Numbered from the stretch's first letter, positions 26,768-40,992 are shown. The stretch is 64,000 nt of DNA from Octopus vulgaris (GCA_951406725.2 OX597816.1:99014001-99078000), one strand, 5' to 3'. A program made the numbers and translations. Notes: a model not told the origin generated them from the letters alone.

Positions 26768-27660
26768 CAAGTAGGTATGAGTGGTATTGGTATATAAACT
26801 CTGAATACCACTGTACTGGATCGCTGGTTATCCCATACTGTGATCCAAATCCACACGCAAATGCATTACAGAACATACGTAGCAAATGACAGTGCAGAGA
26901 TGAATGTTGTCTATAAACAGCGGGGTTTCTGTCTATAATACAAGGCAGATCATTAAGTCTTTTACTACCTCCTGTCACATGTAAGAGAGAAATGAGAATA
27001 CTAACCCAACCATATTATGGTGGTTGCCTCTCTCGAGAAAATTATTATAGAAAGGTATACTGGGAAATTGCAGTAGTAAGTAACTTGTGGTATTATAATA
27101 CACTGCACATAGTTTGTAAGCAAGTAAGTATGAGTGGTATTCGGTATATAAACGTATCTGAATACCACTGTATCATGAATTCGCTGTTATTCATACTGTT
27201 CAAATCGACACGCAAATGCATTCAGAACATACGTCAAATTTGACAGAGAGATGAACTATTCTATAAACATCGGGGTTTCTGTCTTAAATACAAGGCAGAT
27301 ATACTTTTACGATATTCTGTCACATGAACAAGAAATATTTTCATAACATATATTTTAGAAATATTGATATTAAATTGCAGTTGATATATATATAATTTCT
27401 CTGGTAATTCTCCCCCTATTCATTTGCCTGTCATTATTCCTGCTTCAAATTCAGAGGTCATTATTTAAGAGAATGTAACTATTCATAACTAAGACATCGT
27501 TGGCTTAAATACCCGTAATATACTACGATATTCTGTGAACTATATGACATTAAATTTTCATAAAATATATTTTAGAAATATTGATTTTAAATTTGATATA
27601 TATATAATTTCTCTGGTAATTCTCCCCCACTCCCAGCTGACCATTAACCTGTTAAATTAA
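26768..27660. repeat. Two overlapping diverged local duplications
   Basis: About 26768-26990 matches about 27121-27335, and about 27308-27450 matches about 27524-27660. The copies differ by many small indels. Confidence 0.85.
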
Positions 27661-28116
27661 AAGCAATAATATGTACCTGACAATACGTGAATATAATATA
27701 TATACAATAGTGACATTTATAAACGTTTGGTTTTTGATTTTTTAGCAATCATAATATCTGACTAATAAATAATATAAAACTATAACTAGCAAGGAGTCAT
27801 TGTATACATAGATTGCTTGTATGTATTTATTTAATTAGATTCTGATAACGCTTTCATATTATCACTCACTATAATTATTGCGAAATTCAATTTAATTGTA
27901 ACATTTGTTTTGTAAAGGATAGATGTTTTCGTTTAAAGAGTATATAAACGAAGTGAATAAGTTTTGCAGTGTCGAATCATTAGGTTATTTTAAAAATCTA
28001 GAATACCGTTTTGATTTGGAATGTGTCATGTGTGTGTCCGACAGAGAATTTGGCTGACTGTTACATGGTCGGAAAACCGTATTGACCGGTATGTATACAA
28101 CGACTACTACTGCCAT

Positions 28117-28197
<81 letters not shown>

Positions 28198-28517
28198 CCG
28201 TGTGCTGAAAGGAATACCTGGAGGTTTGGATAATTCACCTTTGGAAACATGGGTGTTTTGTTCAACATCCTTAAACAATCCTTATTCAGGGATCTTTTGA
28301 GTAGGATGGGCTACTCAACCAAAAGAAAGTTCTAACTGGGCCCCACCTGCAAGGTTATGCGCTGTTTATCTTGATATGAGGACGCCATGTCGCGCACATA
28401 TGGTTTTGATGCATGTGCCTGGTGTACCCTTATCAGACGGGTAGTCACGATGGGTATACTGGGCTTTGTATACTTTACTCCAGTGTCACTTTGATGGCAT
28501 ACACTGCTCTCTCACTC

Positions 28518-28530
<13 letters not shown>
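28198..28530 (+). mobile_element. LINE 3'-UTR fragment (likely R4/Dong-type) ending in (AAT)n
   Basis: GC-richer island between (TAC)/(TAG) and (AAT)/(TTA) triplet tracts, ending ctctcactc-aataataat. Confidence 0.5.
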
Positions 28531-28574
<44 letters not shown>

Positions 28575-28579
28575 TACAA

Positions 28580-28900
28580 TTCAATCAGACTCCCTACTGA
28601 ATACTCTCGGAAACGAAGCATGTTGTGGTAGATAAAAAAAGGATGATACTCAAGAGTATACATATTACCATACCTACAAATACATGTGATGACAAAGTGC
28701 TGGAAAAGATGGAGAAATACAGACTACTAAAAGAAGAAATTGCTAGGATGTGAGTAATGAGGAGAGTAACTGCTATCCCAGTAGGGGTACTCGGAGCACT
28801 AACAATCAGGTTCGAGAAATATGTTGGTGAAATGAAGGCAGAGTAGGTCCAAAAGTCTGGTCTGTTGAGGATTTTGAGATTTGTGCTCGGCTGTTGAGAG
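28580..28900 (+). mobile_element. R4/Dong-type restriction-like endonuclease C-terminal fragment
   Basis: ITIP...DDKVLEKMEKYRLLKEEIARM*...IPVGVLGAL...VQKSGLL matches the E.EK..KY..L..E / P...GALG pattern. Confidence 0.75.
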
Positions 28901-29046
28901 TGTTCTATGAAAGGTTAACATCCAAGTACCAAAGCTAATAATTTGCGCAAATACACCCTGTTAAACCTCTGACCATAAACTTCTGTCATAGAATCAACCA
29001 GAGCACGTAAGGCCGGCAGCTCTGAGAAGTAAAATAATACTAATAA

Positions 29047-29258
29047 CAGTTTCAAGTTTTGGTACAAGGCCAGCAGTTTTGAGACAGAGAGTGAGCTGAT
29101 TACATCGCCTCCAGTGTCCAACTGGTACTTATTTTATTGGCCGCGAAAGGATGAAAGGCAAAGTCGACCCGGGCGGCATTCGAACTGACAACGTAAAGGC
29201 GGACGAAATGCCGCTAAGCACTATGCCCGGCGCGCTAACCATTCGGCCAGCTCGCTGC
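29047..29258 (-). mobile_element. tRNA-derived SINE (family 1), near full length
   Basis: tttggtacaaggccagca...aactggtacttattttattggccgcgaaaggatgaaaggcaaagtcgacccgggcggcattcgaact...gccagctcgctgc. Confidence 0.85.
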
Positions 29259-29259
29259 A

Positions 29260-29461
29260 TTACTACTACTACTACTACTATTACTGCAACTGCTGCTGAT
29301 GAGGACGATGAGGACGATGACAACGATGCTGTTGCTGCTACTGCTGGTGCTACCTCACTGCTACTACAACTACTGATGAAGAAGAAGAAGAAGAAGAAGA
29401 AGAAGAAGAAGAAGAAGAAGAAGAAGAAGAAGAAGAAGAAGAAGAAGAAGAAGAAGAAGAA

Positions 29462-29497
<36 letters not shown>
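29260..29497. repeat. (TAC)/(GAA)n/(GAT)n triplet repeats
   Basis: Directly visible; the source of the poly-K and poly-F ORFs. Confidence 0.95.
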
Positions 29498-29876
29498 GAA
29501 TTTAAGCACAAAGCTATCAATTATTGAGTGGAGGCGGTTAGTCAGTAATATCGACCCAGAATTCCTATTATATTGACCCTGGTGGGAAGCGGAAGTACCG
29601 ATATTATCAATATCATCAGCATCCCCATCAAATCTTCCAACGCTGTTTTATTACAACAGTAACAGCTGTGTATGTTTATCTCTTCCTAAGATATAAATTC
29701 ACCGACCTATTTAACAGTGCATTTTTTACCATGCCAGAATTTATCAATAATAACACAATGAAATCATTCTAAATTTGAAAACAGTTTCACTTACAAATTT
29801 GTTTTTTTTCTTTTATCATAAATCGAAACCGTAGTGTTTTACCACAACTATACATGTGTGTATGTATGTGCATATG

Positions 29877-29925
<49 letters not shown>

Positions 29926-29979
29926 GTGTATGTATTTGCATATATATATATATACACTCACACACACACATATGTACAT

Positions 29980-30180
29980 ATCGGTAAATGGAAAATTAAT
30001 AATAAAAACAAGAGAGCAAAAGAAAAAAAAGGACTCACAGCTGGAATGTATCAGGCTGGCGCTCAGTAAAACATGGATAAACAAAGGGAAGGGGTGACGT
30101 TTCGAGAATCGTTCTTCGTCTGAAAGAGGGAGGAAAGGTCATGGGAGAAGGGAAAATGTCCAAGGAAAGCAACAGTGTGG
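29980..30180 (-). mobile_element. Solo Penelope-type pseudo-LTR with hammerhead-like motif
   Basis: Minus strand reads cagacga-agaa-cga-ttct-c-gaaac-gtc, with the same layout as the end of the 12730-14690 element. It abuts a (TA)/(CA) tract. Confidence 0.55.
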
Positions 30181-30214
30181 TTATATGAATATCTGGTAAC
30201 CTAGATCCAAGTCT

Positions 30215-30565
30215 CCTTCATAGGAATTCCAACATCAACAACGAGATATTTTTGTATGTATGTATGTATGTATGTATTATGAAAATATCTATGTATGTAA
30301 ATGTGCTGATTTGTTTGTTTTGTTTCATGTATGTCTTCTCATGCCTGCTCATATATACTTAAATGATAACGTTCTGGAAAGTTTTTGCTGACTTTTATAG
30401 TTCCTGTGATGGACTGGATCTGTAGTCTTCGAATTAGCTCTCTCCTTTCCGTTTTTGTGAAGCGTAATTTCTCAAGATTGGTATTTAGGCAGTGTGTTAC
30501 ATATCCCACTTCTCCAATAATTACAGTTATAACCCTGAACTTGCAATCTGGATAGAGGAACTGCC
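30215..30565 (-). mobile_element. R4/Dong-type LINE 3' end embedded in (TATG)n
   Basis: QFLYPDCKFRVITVIIGEVGYVTHCLNTNLEKL...QSITGTIKV, homologous to the 8180-8371 segment. Confidence 0.7.
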
Positions 30566-30750
30566 TATGTATGTATGTATGTATGTATGTATGTATGTAT
30601 GTATGTATGTATGTATGTATGTATGTATGTATGTATGTATGTATGTATGTATGTATGTATAAAATTGTGTATGCATATATACATAGCGTAGATATTTATA
30701 TTTAACATTTTCGTATACACCCTATCGTGAAAATATCGCTTTATAATCAA

Positions 30751-32135
30751 CTAGCAGAAGTACCCGGCGTTGCCCGGGTTTAAGAGAATAATGAAATTTT
30801 AAAATGCCGTCTAGATTACGCAGGTCTCAACTGCTAGATTTCTACATCAAAAACTCTCCAACCCATGCTAGCAGTGAGCATTGACTTTAAGTGTAACGTT
30901 AAAAGAAAAATTTCAATTCATATATGTATATAAAGTAAATATACGTAATTCAAAAACACGTTTTGTGTAGCTTATTTCGTAACAAAAAAACAGGTACAGA
31001 TTATAACAATGAAAGGTCAATTTTAGTGATTCATTTGACAGAGGTATTAGAGAGCTAATCCGATGATAAATCTAACGTTGGATCTTGAAAGTTTACATGA
31101 ATCCCGGCTCAGTTAAATCTCTTGCGGCTCCAAATGATGTCATCTGTAGTGCAGCATTATATTGCCTAATTTTGTTTTGGAAGTGTTTGGAATCTTGGTC
31201 AGTTGATGACAATAGCTTCTTCAATAGCTCTGGAGTTGAGGATGGAGCATTGCAGGGAGTTCAACCTTTCCCCCACTGCAGCACAGTGCAGGTGTCTCTC
31301 CAGGCCACTTCTTTGCTTTACAATGTATGCACTCAGTTGCCATTGCACCGTTGGAAACTCTAGTATCATCTACATAATGAAATGCTGGATTATAATTGAA
31401 AGGTATTTCATAGAAATTGCTTCTCTGAGCTGTTGCAACTGTTTTTCGTTCTGCAGTGGAGATCCTATTCCTTGTCAGCTCTGACTTTTGTAGTGTACAG
31501 TCTGTTCGTTTCTTTGTGTGCTTCCATTTCTGCAGCTGCCACTCTTTCCCTGGACAGAGACATTCTTTTGGATGATCCTGAGATATAGACAAATTTGATA
31601 CTTTCCTTCTAGGCATGGTTATATTCGTATACAGAAACACACGTGTGCAGAAGATAGTAAACAATGAAAATAACTGGTTAAAGGAAATTATATTTCTTAC
31701 TGCGACGGGCGAAAGTGAATAAGATTTTTTTACGGAACATAAAGACTTGTACAGGTTGAAGCGAAATTTCGTGCATCAGGGACTTGGTTGATATTTCCTG
31801 TTCCTCGATTGCAAACGCATACTCTTCAAAGTGGGAGGTAGCAATCCGGCTATTGGTTCATGATAAACTGCTTTGATGATCATTCATCTGATGATACGTT
31901 ACAGTAGAATCGCGCGACTTCTTTGGGCTTGTATTCTAGCTGAATACATTGATTGGTTAAAATTACTCAAATATGACAAGTTTAACATAAAATAAATTCT
32001 AAAATACAAGATTTTGTCAAAAACATTAATAGTAAGCACTGTTCTATGTGATACATTCTACCAGTATCCGAAGTTTCAAAGTGTTTAGTTAAATAATAAT
32101 AATAATTAAAAAATCTGGTCGTCAAATTGAATAGA
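30751..32135 (-). mobile_element. Non-autonomous Helitron with both termini
   Basis: The 3' end is the hairpin cccgggcaacgccggg followed by CTAG|T at 30751. The putative 5' end is A|TC at 32135. A RepHel N-terminal relic reads CIHCKAKKWPGETPALCCSGGKVELP and SKHFQNKIRQYNAALQMTSFGA. Confidence 0.88.
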
Positions 32136-32449
32136 TCCTTTTTTTTCTCTCTCAAAACTCATGATGGTACTTCCTTTGTTACTTCGGTTTACAAATGCTT
32201 ACATTTGAATATCATTCATTTAATGTTTTATAGTAGTAGCCAGCGCATATAGACAGGCGTTAATCTGCCAGTATGTGGGTTCATCACACTGTTGTAAATA
32301 CCCATTACCGATTTCGTTAACAGCCTTTAATACTGTATCTGGTGAGGGGGGTTACTTCGATATAGAATTTCCTCTCCTGGTGAGAGTTCTTCAAAGCCAA
32401 AGTTATTTTTTCTCGGAAAATTTCAGTAAGGGCACATTTCACCGGCATA

Positions 32450-32469
32450 TACTACTACTACTACTACTG

Positions 32470-32509
<40 letters not shown>

Positions 32510-32556
32510 AACTACTACTACTACTACTACTGCTGCTGTTGCTGCTGCTGTTGCTG

Positions 32557-32617
<61 letters not shown>

Positions 32618-32649
32618 AACTACTACAACTACTACAACTACTACAACTA

Positions 32650-32710
<61 letters not shown>

Positions 32711-32712
32711 AA
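32450..32712. repeat. (CTA/CTG/CAA)n triplet repeat
   Basis: Directly visible; the source of the poly-L and poly-S ORFs. Confidence 0.95.
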
Positions 32713-33844
32713 TAATCGTAGCGGTGGTGCCTGCTATTTACCATAGTCGTAGTAGGGGGACAGTGGTCAGTTACTTGAGCCAGTAATAGACTTTGGCTGG
32801 CAGGCACTATGGAATCTGTTGGAATGTTGCAAGCTGCGAAACTACGTGGTGGTCTTATATCATTCATTATATCATTCGTTTTTTGTTTATAGAGTGGGGA
32901 AGAATGTTTATTTTCGATTTTTTAAAATAAAGTTACAGTTACTAACCTTCTTTCTATGTTCTAGAAATGTTGTTTGTTGGCGTAGCTGCGTCATAGTAAA
33001 ATTATTTAATTCTGGATACAGATCGTCCCAATATGATTTCAATCGATTCATATAGCCAACAGTGGGGTTTTGTAGTAGTTGTTAAATAGATCATTATTCA
33101 ATTCATAACTCCATGTATGTATGTATGTATGTATGTATGTATGTATGTATGTATGTATGTATGTATGTATGTATGTATGTATGTATGTATGTATGTATGT
33201 ATGTATGTATTATGTATGTATGTATGTATGTATGTATGTGTAGCGACTATAACCTCTATCTTCATTTCATCCAGATTTCTATTATTTTCTACTATAGTTT
33301 ACTCTCATTAGTTTATCTAATCCCAGTTCAACAGAAATAATTCGAGCAGCAGTTTAGCATTACCTTTGGGGAATATTGATATGAATGTGTTTTGCCTTGT
33401 CGAATACCTTTAATCGTTAATATATCATCTGTTGAGCTATAAATATTTCAAATGAATCAGTTATACAAAGTGCATTCTGTCCCGTTAATCCTCTTTGTAC
33501 CTTTACTTTTGTTTGCCCTCAAGCATATAATCTAGTGCTTGAATGGTACTACTAGTTTGTTCTAAATGTGGCCTTTTAGATTGATCTTAGATTTTATTCC
33601 TCCTACCATCGTATTTTATTGCATGTTATTTTACTTTATCTTATTTATTCAGTCACTACTTATTTGTTTAGTTATCCGTATACATTCAACTAACTGTTTC
33701 CATTTACAACTTTCGTAGTCGTAAATATAGTGAAAGTATCTCAACTAGTACACACGTTAATGCAGTGGCCCATCTTATTATTAATGTGTGGATACCGTCT
33801 CCAGAAATATGTTTTGTTTGTAATAAGTTCTAGGCATTGAAACA

Positions 33845-34010
33845 GGGCGCAGGAGTGGCTGTGTGGTAAGTAGCTTGCTTACCAACCACATAGTTCCGGG
33901 TTCAGTCCCACTGTATGGCACCTTGGGCAAGTATCTATAGCCTCGGGCCGACCAAAGCCTTGTGAGTGGATTTGGTAGACGGAAAGTGAAAGAAGCCCAT
34001 CGTATATATG

Positions 34011-34042
<32 letters not shown>

Positions 34043-34258
34043 AGTGTGTGTGTCTCCGTTTGTCTTCCCAACATCGCTTGCCAACCGATGCTGGTGTGTT
34101 TACGTCCCCTTAACTTAGCGGTTCGGCAAAAGAGACCGATAGAATAAGTACTCGGCTTACAAAGAATAAGTTCTGGGATCGATTTGCTCGACTAAAGACG
34201 GTGCTCCGGCATGGCCGCAGTCAAATGACTGAAATAAGTCAAAGTAAAAGTAAGTAAA
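33845..34258 (+). mobile_element. tRNA-derived SINE (family 2), full length
   Basis: A-box tggctgtgtggt, B-box ggttcagtccc, internal (TA)(TG) tract, and tail gcagtcaaatgactgaaa with short repeats. Confidence 0.88.
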
Positions 34259-36246
34259 AATCGAATATGATTATAATACATTTTGATTAATTAACTGGTT
34301 ATTAATCTTCTATTATTATATCACTACCTCGAAATTAGTGCTTTGTATAATATTGTATCTCTGTTTATGTGTATATGTATGATGTGTATGTGCGTGTGCG
34401 CGTATGTGTATGTATATATGTATGTGTGATGCCAGTGCATGTGTAGTCTGTGTGCGTTCGCTGACGCGTATGTGTATGTACATATATGTATCTCATATAT
34501 GTGTGCGTGTGTACTCTGTGTGCGCGTGCTGGTGTGGGTATGTGTGAGGTTTTTTATGAATGTACTTGCTAATATATATGCATCTATGAACGACGTGCGT
34601 TCTAATGTGCTTATGATTATTCGTATAAAGGGAATGTGTGTGCGCGTATGTTGGTGCGCGTGTGTTTGTGTGTGTGTGTGTGTGTGTGTCTGCTTTTACC
34701 ATATGAGAGTTCTTGAAAAAAGCTGCCATCCTGAAAATTAGCAGTCCGTGAAATTTCAGCAGCTAAGCCCAACCACAGACTTTATGTCTCTCTCTTCCTA
34801 CTAATTATATGTCGTGTTCATTATTTTATTTTGTTTTATTTTATTTTATTTTATTTATGCATTTTGTTATTCAGAATTGTCAAATCATCTTTCTTTGAGA
34901 AATATGGCTACCCGTTTCTTCATTCGAAACCAATTTCTTTGGTAAAACCTATTTTATTATTCACATTTATATTTTTCTCATTATTTTCATTGATTTTGTA
35001 TTCATCTATGGTCATATTTACCTTTAAAGCAAATTATAAATGGCAGCATGCTGAGTATATCTAAAACCTACAGATTTTCCAAAAATTATGCAGACTTGAA
35101 GAAACTGCTGAATTGTAATTTCTTTAGTTGTCAAGACATCACTGAAGACTACACCTTCATTAGGACCCATTAATTTTTAATTCCACGCTGCAAGCTAATG
35201 ATTTGCCTATAATTTGTATAGCAGTAGTGCTATTTAGAACAGAAAGATTTTCCTAATTTGCTATATGAACGCGACTGCTTTCAACTGAAGTACAATGCCA
35301 CCAGATATTACAGTACACCAACGGACATTTTTCAAACAGAAATGATAAGTGATTGTGCGCTACTCTATCCACTCGCCTAACTTGGTTCTATTTCTCTTTT
35401 CTTTTTTTTTTCTGAGGCAGTAGTTTTACACATCTTCCTCGTTTTCTTCTGTGTAGGTGACAAATAAGGACTTGTAATATCACAGGGTCGACAGAAGTGG
35501 GTCTGTTGATATTTCTACACAAAATGGTTGTGCAGCTACTTACAAATAATCAATATCATCTACCACTGAATGTCCGATATAAACGATTCATATAATAAAA
35601 TCGCTTTCTTTACAGCCAGACCCACAATAAAAGTAAAGTAACTATCCTAATTTGTTTTTTCCTATGCACGACTACTCTATTTATTTATGGAATCTATCAC
35701 AGCTAGTATGATCGGAATAATCTATTATTGTCAGCAAACAGATGGCAAGCTACTGGAATTTGTCTCACGGCCGAAGATTATTGAAGCTCTACTGTATTTA
35801 GAGAGAACTAAAGTAGTTTATCCTATTTATTCTATGTTGTTTATTATCATATTCTCCTCTTCTTAAGTCACTTCAGTTTGTCTTTCTAAACGCCAGATTC
35901 CTGTCCACCAGTCCAAACATGACTCTTTGTATTTAAGTCAATAACTGCTCAGTATGACTGAAACAGGCTTTAGTTTCGATTTACTTCCTTGAAACAATGA
36001 TCGATAAAAGTGTCCATAGGTTTCACGTTTCCAAACCGTGGAAACGTGTTTTTGTTCATTATTGAAGGAGCGTTTCCTAGTGCACTTATACATGTAAACA
36101 TAGATACACAAATACACACACTCACAACCACAGAAACACATATGTAAGTAGACATATATAATTATATATATGCATATATATGTATATAGACATAAACACA
36201 TGTGTGTGTGTGTGTGTGGATACATGTATGTATACATATATGCATG

Positions 36247-36320
<74 letters not shown>

Positions 36321-36576
36321 CGTTTACATATATCTGTGCGCGTGTATGTGTGCGTGTACATACTATCAACGTCAACTTAGAATGACAGTATTTATTTACA
36401 CTATGTTACGCAAGTCTCGTAAAAAAAAGTCGTTTAAAAAAAAAGAAAATATAGGAACGATTTGAAAAGAGGAACTATCTAATTTGACAGAGAAACCAAT
36501 ACTTAGAAGATAGATTCCAAGAGAAACTTTGTGATGGCATGTATAATCACATACATTCAAATATATATATATATAT

Positions 36577-36696
<120 letters not shown>

Positions 36697-37164
36697 ATAT
36701 GTAGGAAGGTAGTTACGTAGGTAGGTAGGTAAGTAGAAATAAAGATAGATAGATACATAGACAGATAGATAAATAGGTACATACATGCATACATACATAC
36801 ATACATACATACATACATACATACATACATACATACATACATACATACATACATACATACATACTCATGTACATATATTTATACTCATGTACATATATTT
36901 ATATAATCATACTTTTAAGATCTACTTTTCTCTAGTTGCATTACTCAGACGGCATTCATGGAACCACCGTTTCTATAGCCGGATACCATTCCTATCGCAA
37001 ACTCTCACTTATGTCCAAGGAAATCTATATTTCTCCATATTTTTCAAGAGTGATTTCAAACCAAAAATATTATTCTTATGACAGTGAAACTTGCTTACAA
37101 TTAATACACCGCATCAAGAAAAGAAGACACAGATACGCGTATACATACACACATACATACATAC

Positions 37165-38230
37165 AACATATAACAAGGTGCTGAGGACACATGCATTGTT
37201 CACTGCTATCTTTGTTTTCACTGTCAACTTTGGGTTTGTCCACACTCTTGATGCGAGGCGCGCGAATGCGTATGGCTGCCTTCCCATCTTGTTGACATCG
37301 ATGTGTGGTTCCACGGTTTCTATGCACAGTGGAACTGTTGGGGATGTAGCCTGTATAACACACAAAGAAGTGGTCTGTGTCGCAGTCTGAGCTGTGATAC
37401 GATCGCGTATGAAGAACACACTTGATGGTGGCACGCCTGACCAGGGCCAGATCAAGCTGGTACTTATGCTTTTAGCATGGATGTCTCCAAGACACTTTGT
37501 GTTGGGGCTTCGTCTTGAAGAAGGAGTTGGTGATGCACAGGTCGTGAAATGTAAAGAGCTCGAGCAATCGCTGTCCGTTCTCGTTTGATTTCCCCACTCC
37601 CAATCGACCTACCCAAGAGGGCCCCGAGTCGTTGTCAGCACCTACTCTTGCATCGATGTCGCCCACGAGAACAAATTGGTTTCTAATGGGGAAGCTCTTG
37701 ATAGTGGATACAAGGTTCTCATAGAAATCGTCCTTAGCATCCGGAGTGGCAGACATTGTCGGAGCATACACACTGAGGAGGGTGACGGCTCCTTCGGTAG
37801 TGCTGAGGCGGAGAGTTAGGAGCCGCTCGGAGCCGCCGATGCCTTGCTCTACCATCCTCAGCAAGCTGTTCTTTATTACAAAACCTACTCCTTGTTCTCT
37901 GGGTTCATCAGGCATCTTCCCTTTCCAGAGGAATATGTAGTCCCTTTCCCTCAATGTGCTTGAATGGGCTAACCGTGTTTCCTACAGAGCAGTGATATTG
38001 ACGTTCAGTCTCTTGAGCTCCTCGTTGATGACTGCTGTTTTAGAGCTAGTCTTTTTTTGATAGTTTTTCTGTTTTTACCTGGTGCGGCAGTTGACGACCT
38101 GCTTCTCGTATGTTCTCCTAATCCCCATGCACCCAATGCGGAAAGCAAGCCATGGCGAGACAACACCTTACTGTCTTGGGTCTGCCTAACTTGAGGTGGG
38201 CGGTAGCTGTCCAGTGAGACTCAAAGACCT
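37165..38230 (-). mobile_element. RTE-clade LINE: 5' UTR and APE endonuclease joined to a post-RT fragment (internal deletion)
   Basis: APE motifs KTAVINEELKRLNVNITAL.ETR, GVGFVI, SVYAPT, GDIDARVG, NENGQRLL and KVSWRHP, then AFARLASRVWTNPKLTVKTKIAV..ACVLSTLLY. Confidence 0.9.
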
Positions 38231-38369
38231 CGTGTTGTTTTCGTATTTCATCTTGTTTACGTTTTGTGACGTCCTGTACCCATATATGCATATACATATA
38301 TACATATATATGTGTGTGTGTGTGTGTGTATGTGTGTATGTATGTATATATGCCTATATCTCTCTTTCT

Positions 38370-39346
38370 CTTTTTCTCTTTTACTTGTTTCAGTCATTTG
38401 ACTGCGGCCATGCTGGAGCACCGCCTTTAATCGAGCAACTCGACCCCGGGACTTATTCTTTTGTAAGCCCAGTACTTATTCTATCGGTCTCTTTTGTCGA
38501 ACCGCTAGGTAACGGGGACATAAACACACCATCATCGGTTGTCAAGCGATGCTAGGGGGACAAACACAGACACACATACGCCTATATATATATTAATAAA
38601 TGAAATAAAACATATGCATATATATGAACATATATGTACGTACCTACCTCTACGTGTACATATACACGCATATATGAGTACAGGACACCAAAGGGACGTC
38701 GAACACAAAGAGAAACGAAAACATAGACACAAACCAAAGGAACAGGACATTTTTTTAAAAACAACAAAAAATGGAGTACAGGACAATTAACACAACGAAA
38801 AAACCCCTTCTTCCGTCGCTAAGGTTTCATCTACTCTACGTTTCGAAGGATAAAAGCGAGACGTATCTTCGACAAGAAACTTTCCTTCCTGCGAAAAGCA
38901 AATCAATTAAAATTCTGAGATCTTTTCGCAGAGGGGTAAAAGATGGTAAAAAAATGGTAAAAAAACAGGACAGTAACGACAGTACAAAAATATAAACAGT
39001 AAAAAAATAGTAAAAAAAATATATAGACAGTAAAAAAATATATATAACAGAAAAAGACAGGACAGGAAAAACAAGATAAGAAGGGCTGTTGACGCCGAAC
39101 GAAAAAAGTATTGCAAACGCAGAATTTTATGTGAACGACGAGAGAGCAGGAAAAGTCGTCCAGTTGCCTCGAAGGCACATATATACAACGGGCTTCTTTC
39201 AGTTTCCGCCTACCAAATCCACTCACAAGGCTTTGGTCGGCCCGAGGCTATAGTAGAAGACACTTGCCCAAGGTGCCATGCAGTGGGACTGAACCCGGAA
39301 CCATGTGGTTGGTAAACAAGCTACTTACCACACAGCCACTCCTGCG

Positions 39347-39348
<2 letters not shown>
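38370..39348 (-). mobile_element. SINE family 2 split in its internal microsatellite by a ~580-bp insertion
   Basis: The 5' half (about 39180-39348) and the 3' half (about 38370-38580) both match 33845-34258 in reverse complement. Confidence 0.85.
38600..39178 (-). mobile_element. Penelope-type pseudo-LTR-like insert
   Basis: Minus strand reads ttgtcga-agata...tatc-cttc-gaaac-gta (hammerhead-like). T-rich body. Its start is echoed in inverted form at about 38260-38300. Confidence 0.5.
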
Positions 39349-39429
<81 letters not shown>

Positions 39430-39744
39430 CCATATACACATTTATTTAAAACACCCCCACACACATATATTTATATATATATATATATACACACCTACAG
39501 GCATACGTCAAAGCACATACACATGTAATATATACACGTACACATAAAAATATGCGCATACGCACTTGCACACAGATTTTAAAGGAAGACGTATATAACA
39601 CAATCAGGCATTTCTAAAATGTAATAGCAACAACAAAAACAACACCAAGTAAGACAATGACAATGATAAGTAGTATGATGACAACAATCGAGTATTAGGT
39701 AATGAAATCTATGGAGTAAAGGAAACATACTTATACAACTCTTA

Positions 39745-39789
<45 letters not shown>

Positions 39790-39790
<1 letters not shown>

Positions 39791-39875
39791 GGGAAGCTTT
39801 ATGAAAATAGACAAAAGACGAAGGCAGGTGGGAAACAAACAAACAATTGTATTAGTATGGCGCTCAGGAAAAGAG
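39790..39875 (-). mobile_element. Penelope pseudo-LTR terminal fragment
   Basis: acaaaagacgaaggcaggtg...tgtattagtatggcgctc resembles 12880-12935. It abuts (TA)n. Confidence 0.6.
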
Positions 39876-40992
39876 AGAGAGAGAGAGAGAGATACAAATA
39901 AATACAATACATACACGATGACATGCACATATACATATGCATATATATATACGCACGTTCACATACATATACCTACATATAGACACTAAATGTATAGCTT
40001 ATATGCTGAATCTATATACGCACCCTCATGTATGTTAAATACATAATTAGATGGATAAAAGATAAAAGTATCAAATTGTAACATATAACAATGGTCTACA
40101 TTTAGGAATTGTTGTTTTTTTTTATTCATGGAGATAATGTTACGTATTTTGGGGTTGCTGATTTTCAGTATCTACACCTTTTTGCTCTCTCACATAAGGA
40201 TGCTGAATAAAATACAAATTAATAATAAAAAATGTGAATTTTCAACAAATTGTTACTTTATTAAAATGAAGCATGTAATCAAGCAATCATTCTGTTAGTT
40301 TTAAGAACAAATGTTTTCCGAATCAACATGAAATGAACCACGTTCATCATAAAATGAATCAGAATTATCAACATCAAACCAAATGATTGTAAAAAATATG
40401 CTCCTAGTGGTTACCCTACATATTGATTCAAAGAAGGAGGACCGCTTTGATTTCCGCTAGTGCTGTGCATCGGGACCATCGCGTTTATATTCTTTTTATA
40501 TTTATATTTATCTAATAGATAATTATAAATATATAACAAAAAATATAAATAATAAACGTATAGTACGTAGATAAATGAAAAGTTAATATAAAAATCAGAA
40601 TATGCGCTGTAAGTATAAAATTAAGACGCGTGACAAATACAAATGAGAAACAATCAGAAAGAATAAGAAGATGGTAACATTGTGGGTAATTATATCTATA
40701 AGAATTACAACGACAATAGAAACAATATAAGAGCTTGAGTTTCAAGGAAATTTATGTTGAAGAGAGGTAGAATACGTGGTATTAACAGACATTACTCAAC
40801 AAGTTTAAAATAAACAAATATATAATTTTATGCAAGCATTTCATTTTAAATTGCGTGTCTTATTACACGGGGCACCTGGATATTTTAAGATCTCGTATAA
40901 TTCAGTTAAGCACAGTGTACAGCCGTACCTGCTGTCTAAATGTGATGATGTCTTTCTAACTTATACTCCAGGCAATTCCGAATTGAGAATTA

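Noticed and set aside
38090-38230. Ribozyme in the RTE 5' UTR
   Set aside because: It looks structured, and RTE UTRs can carry HDV-like ribozymes, but I could not assign a catalytic core by eye.
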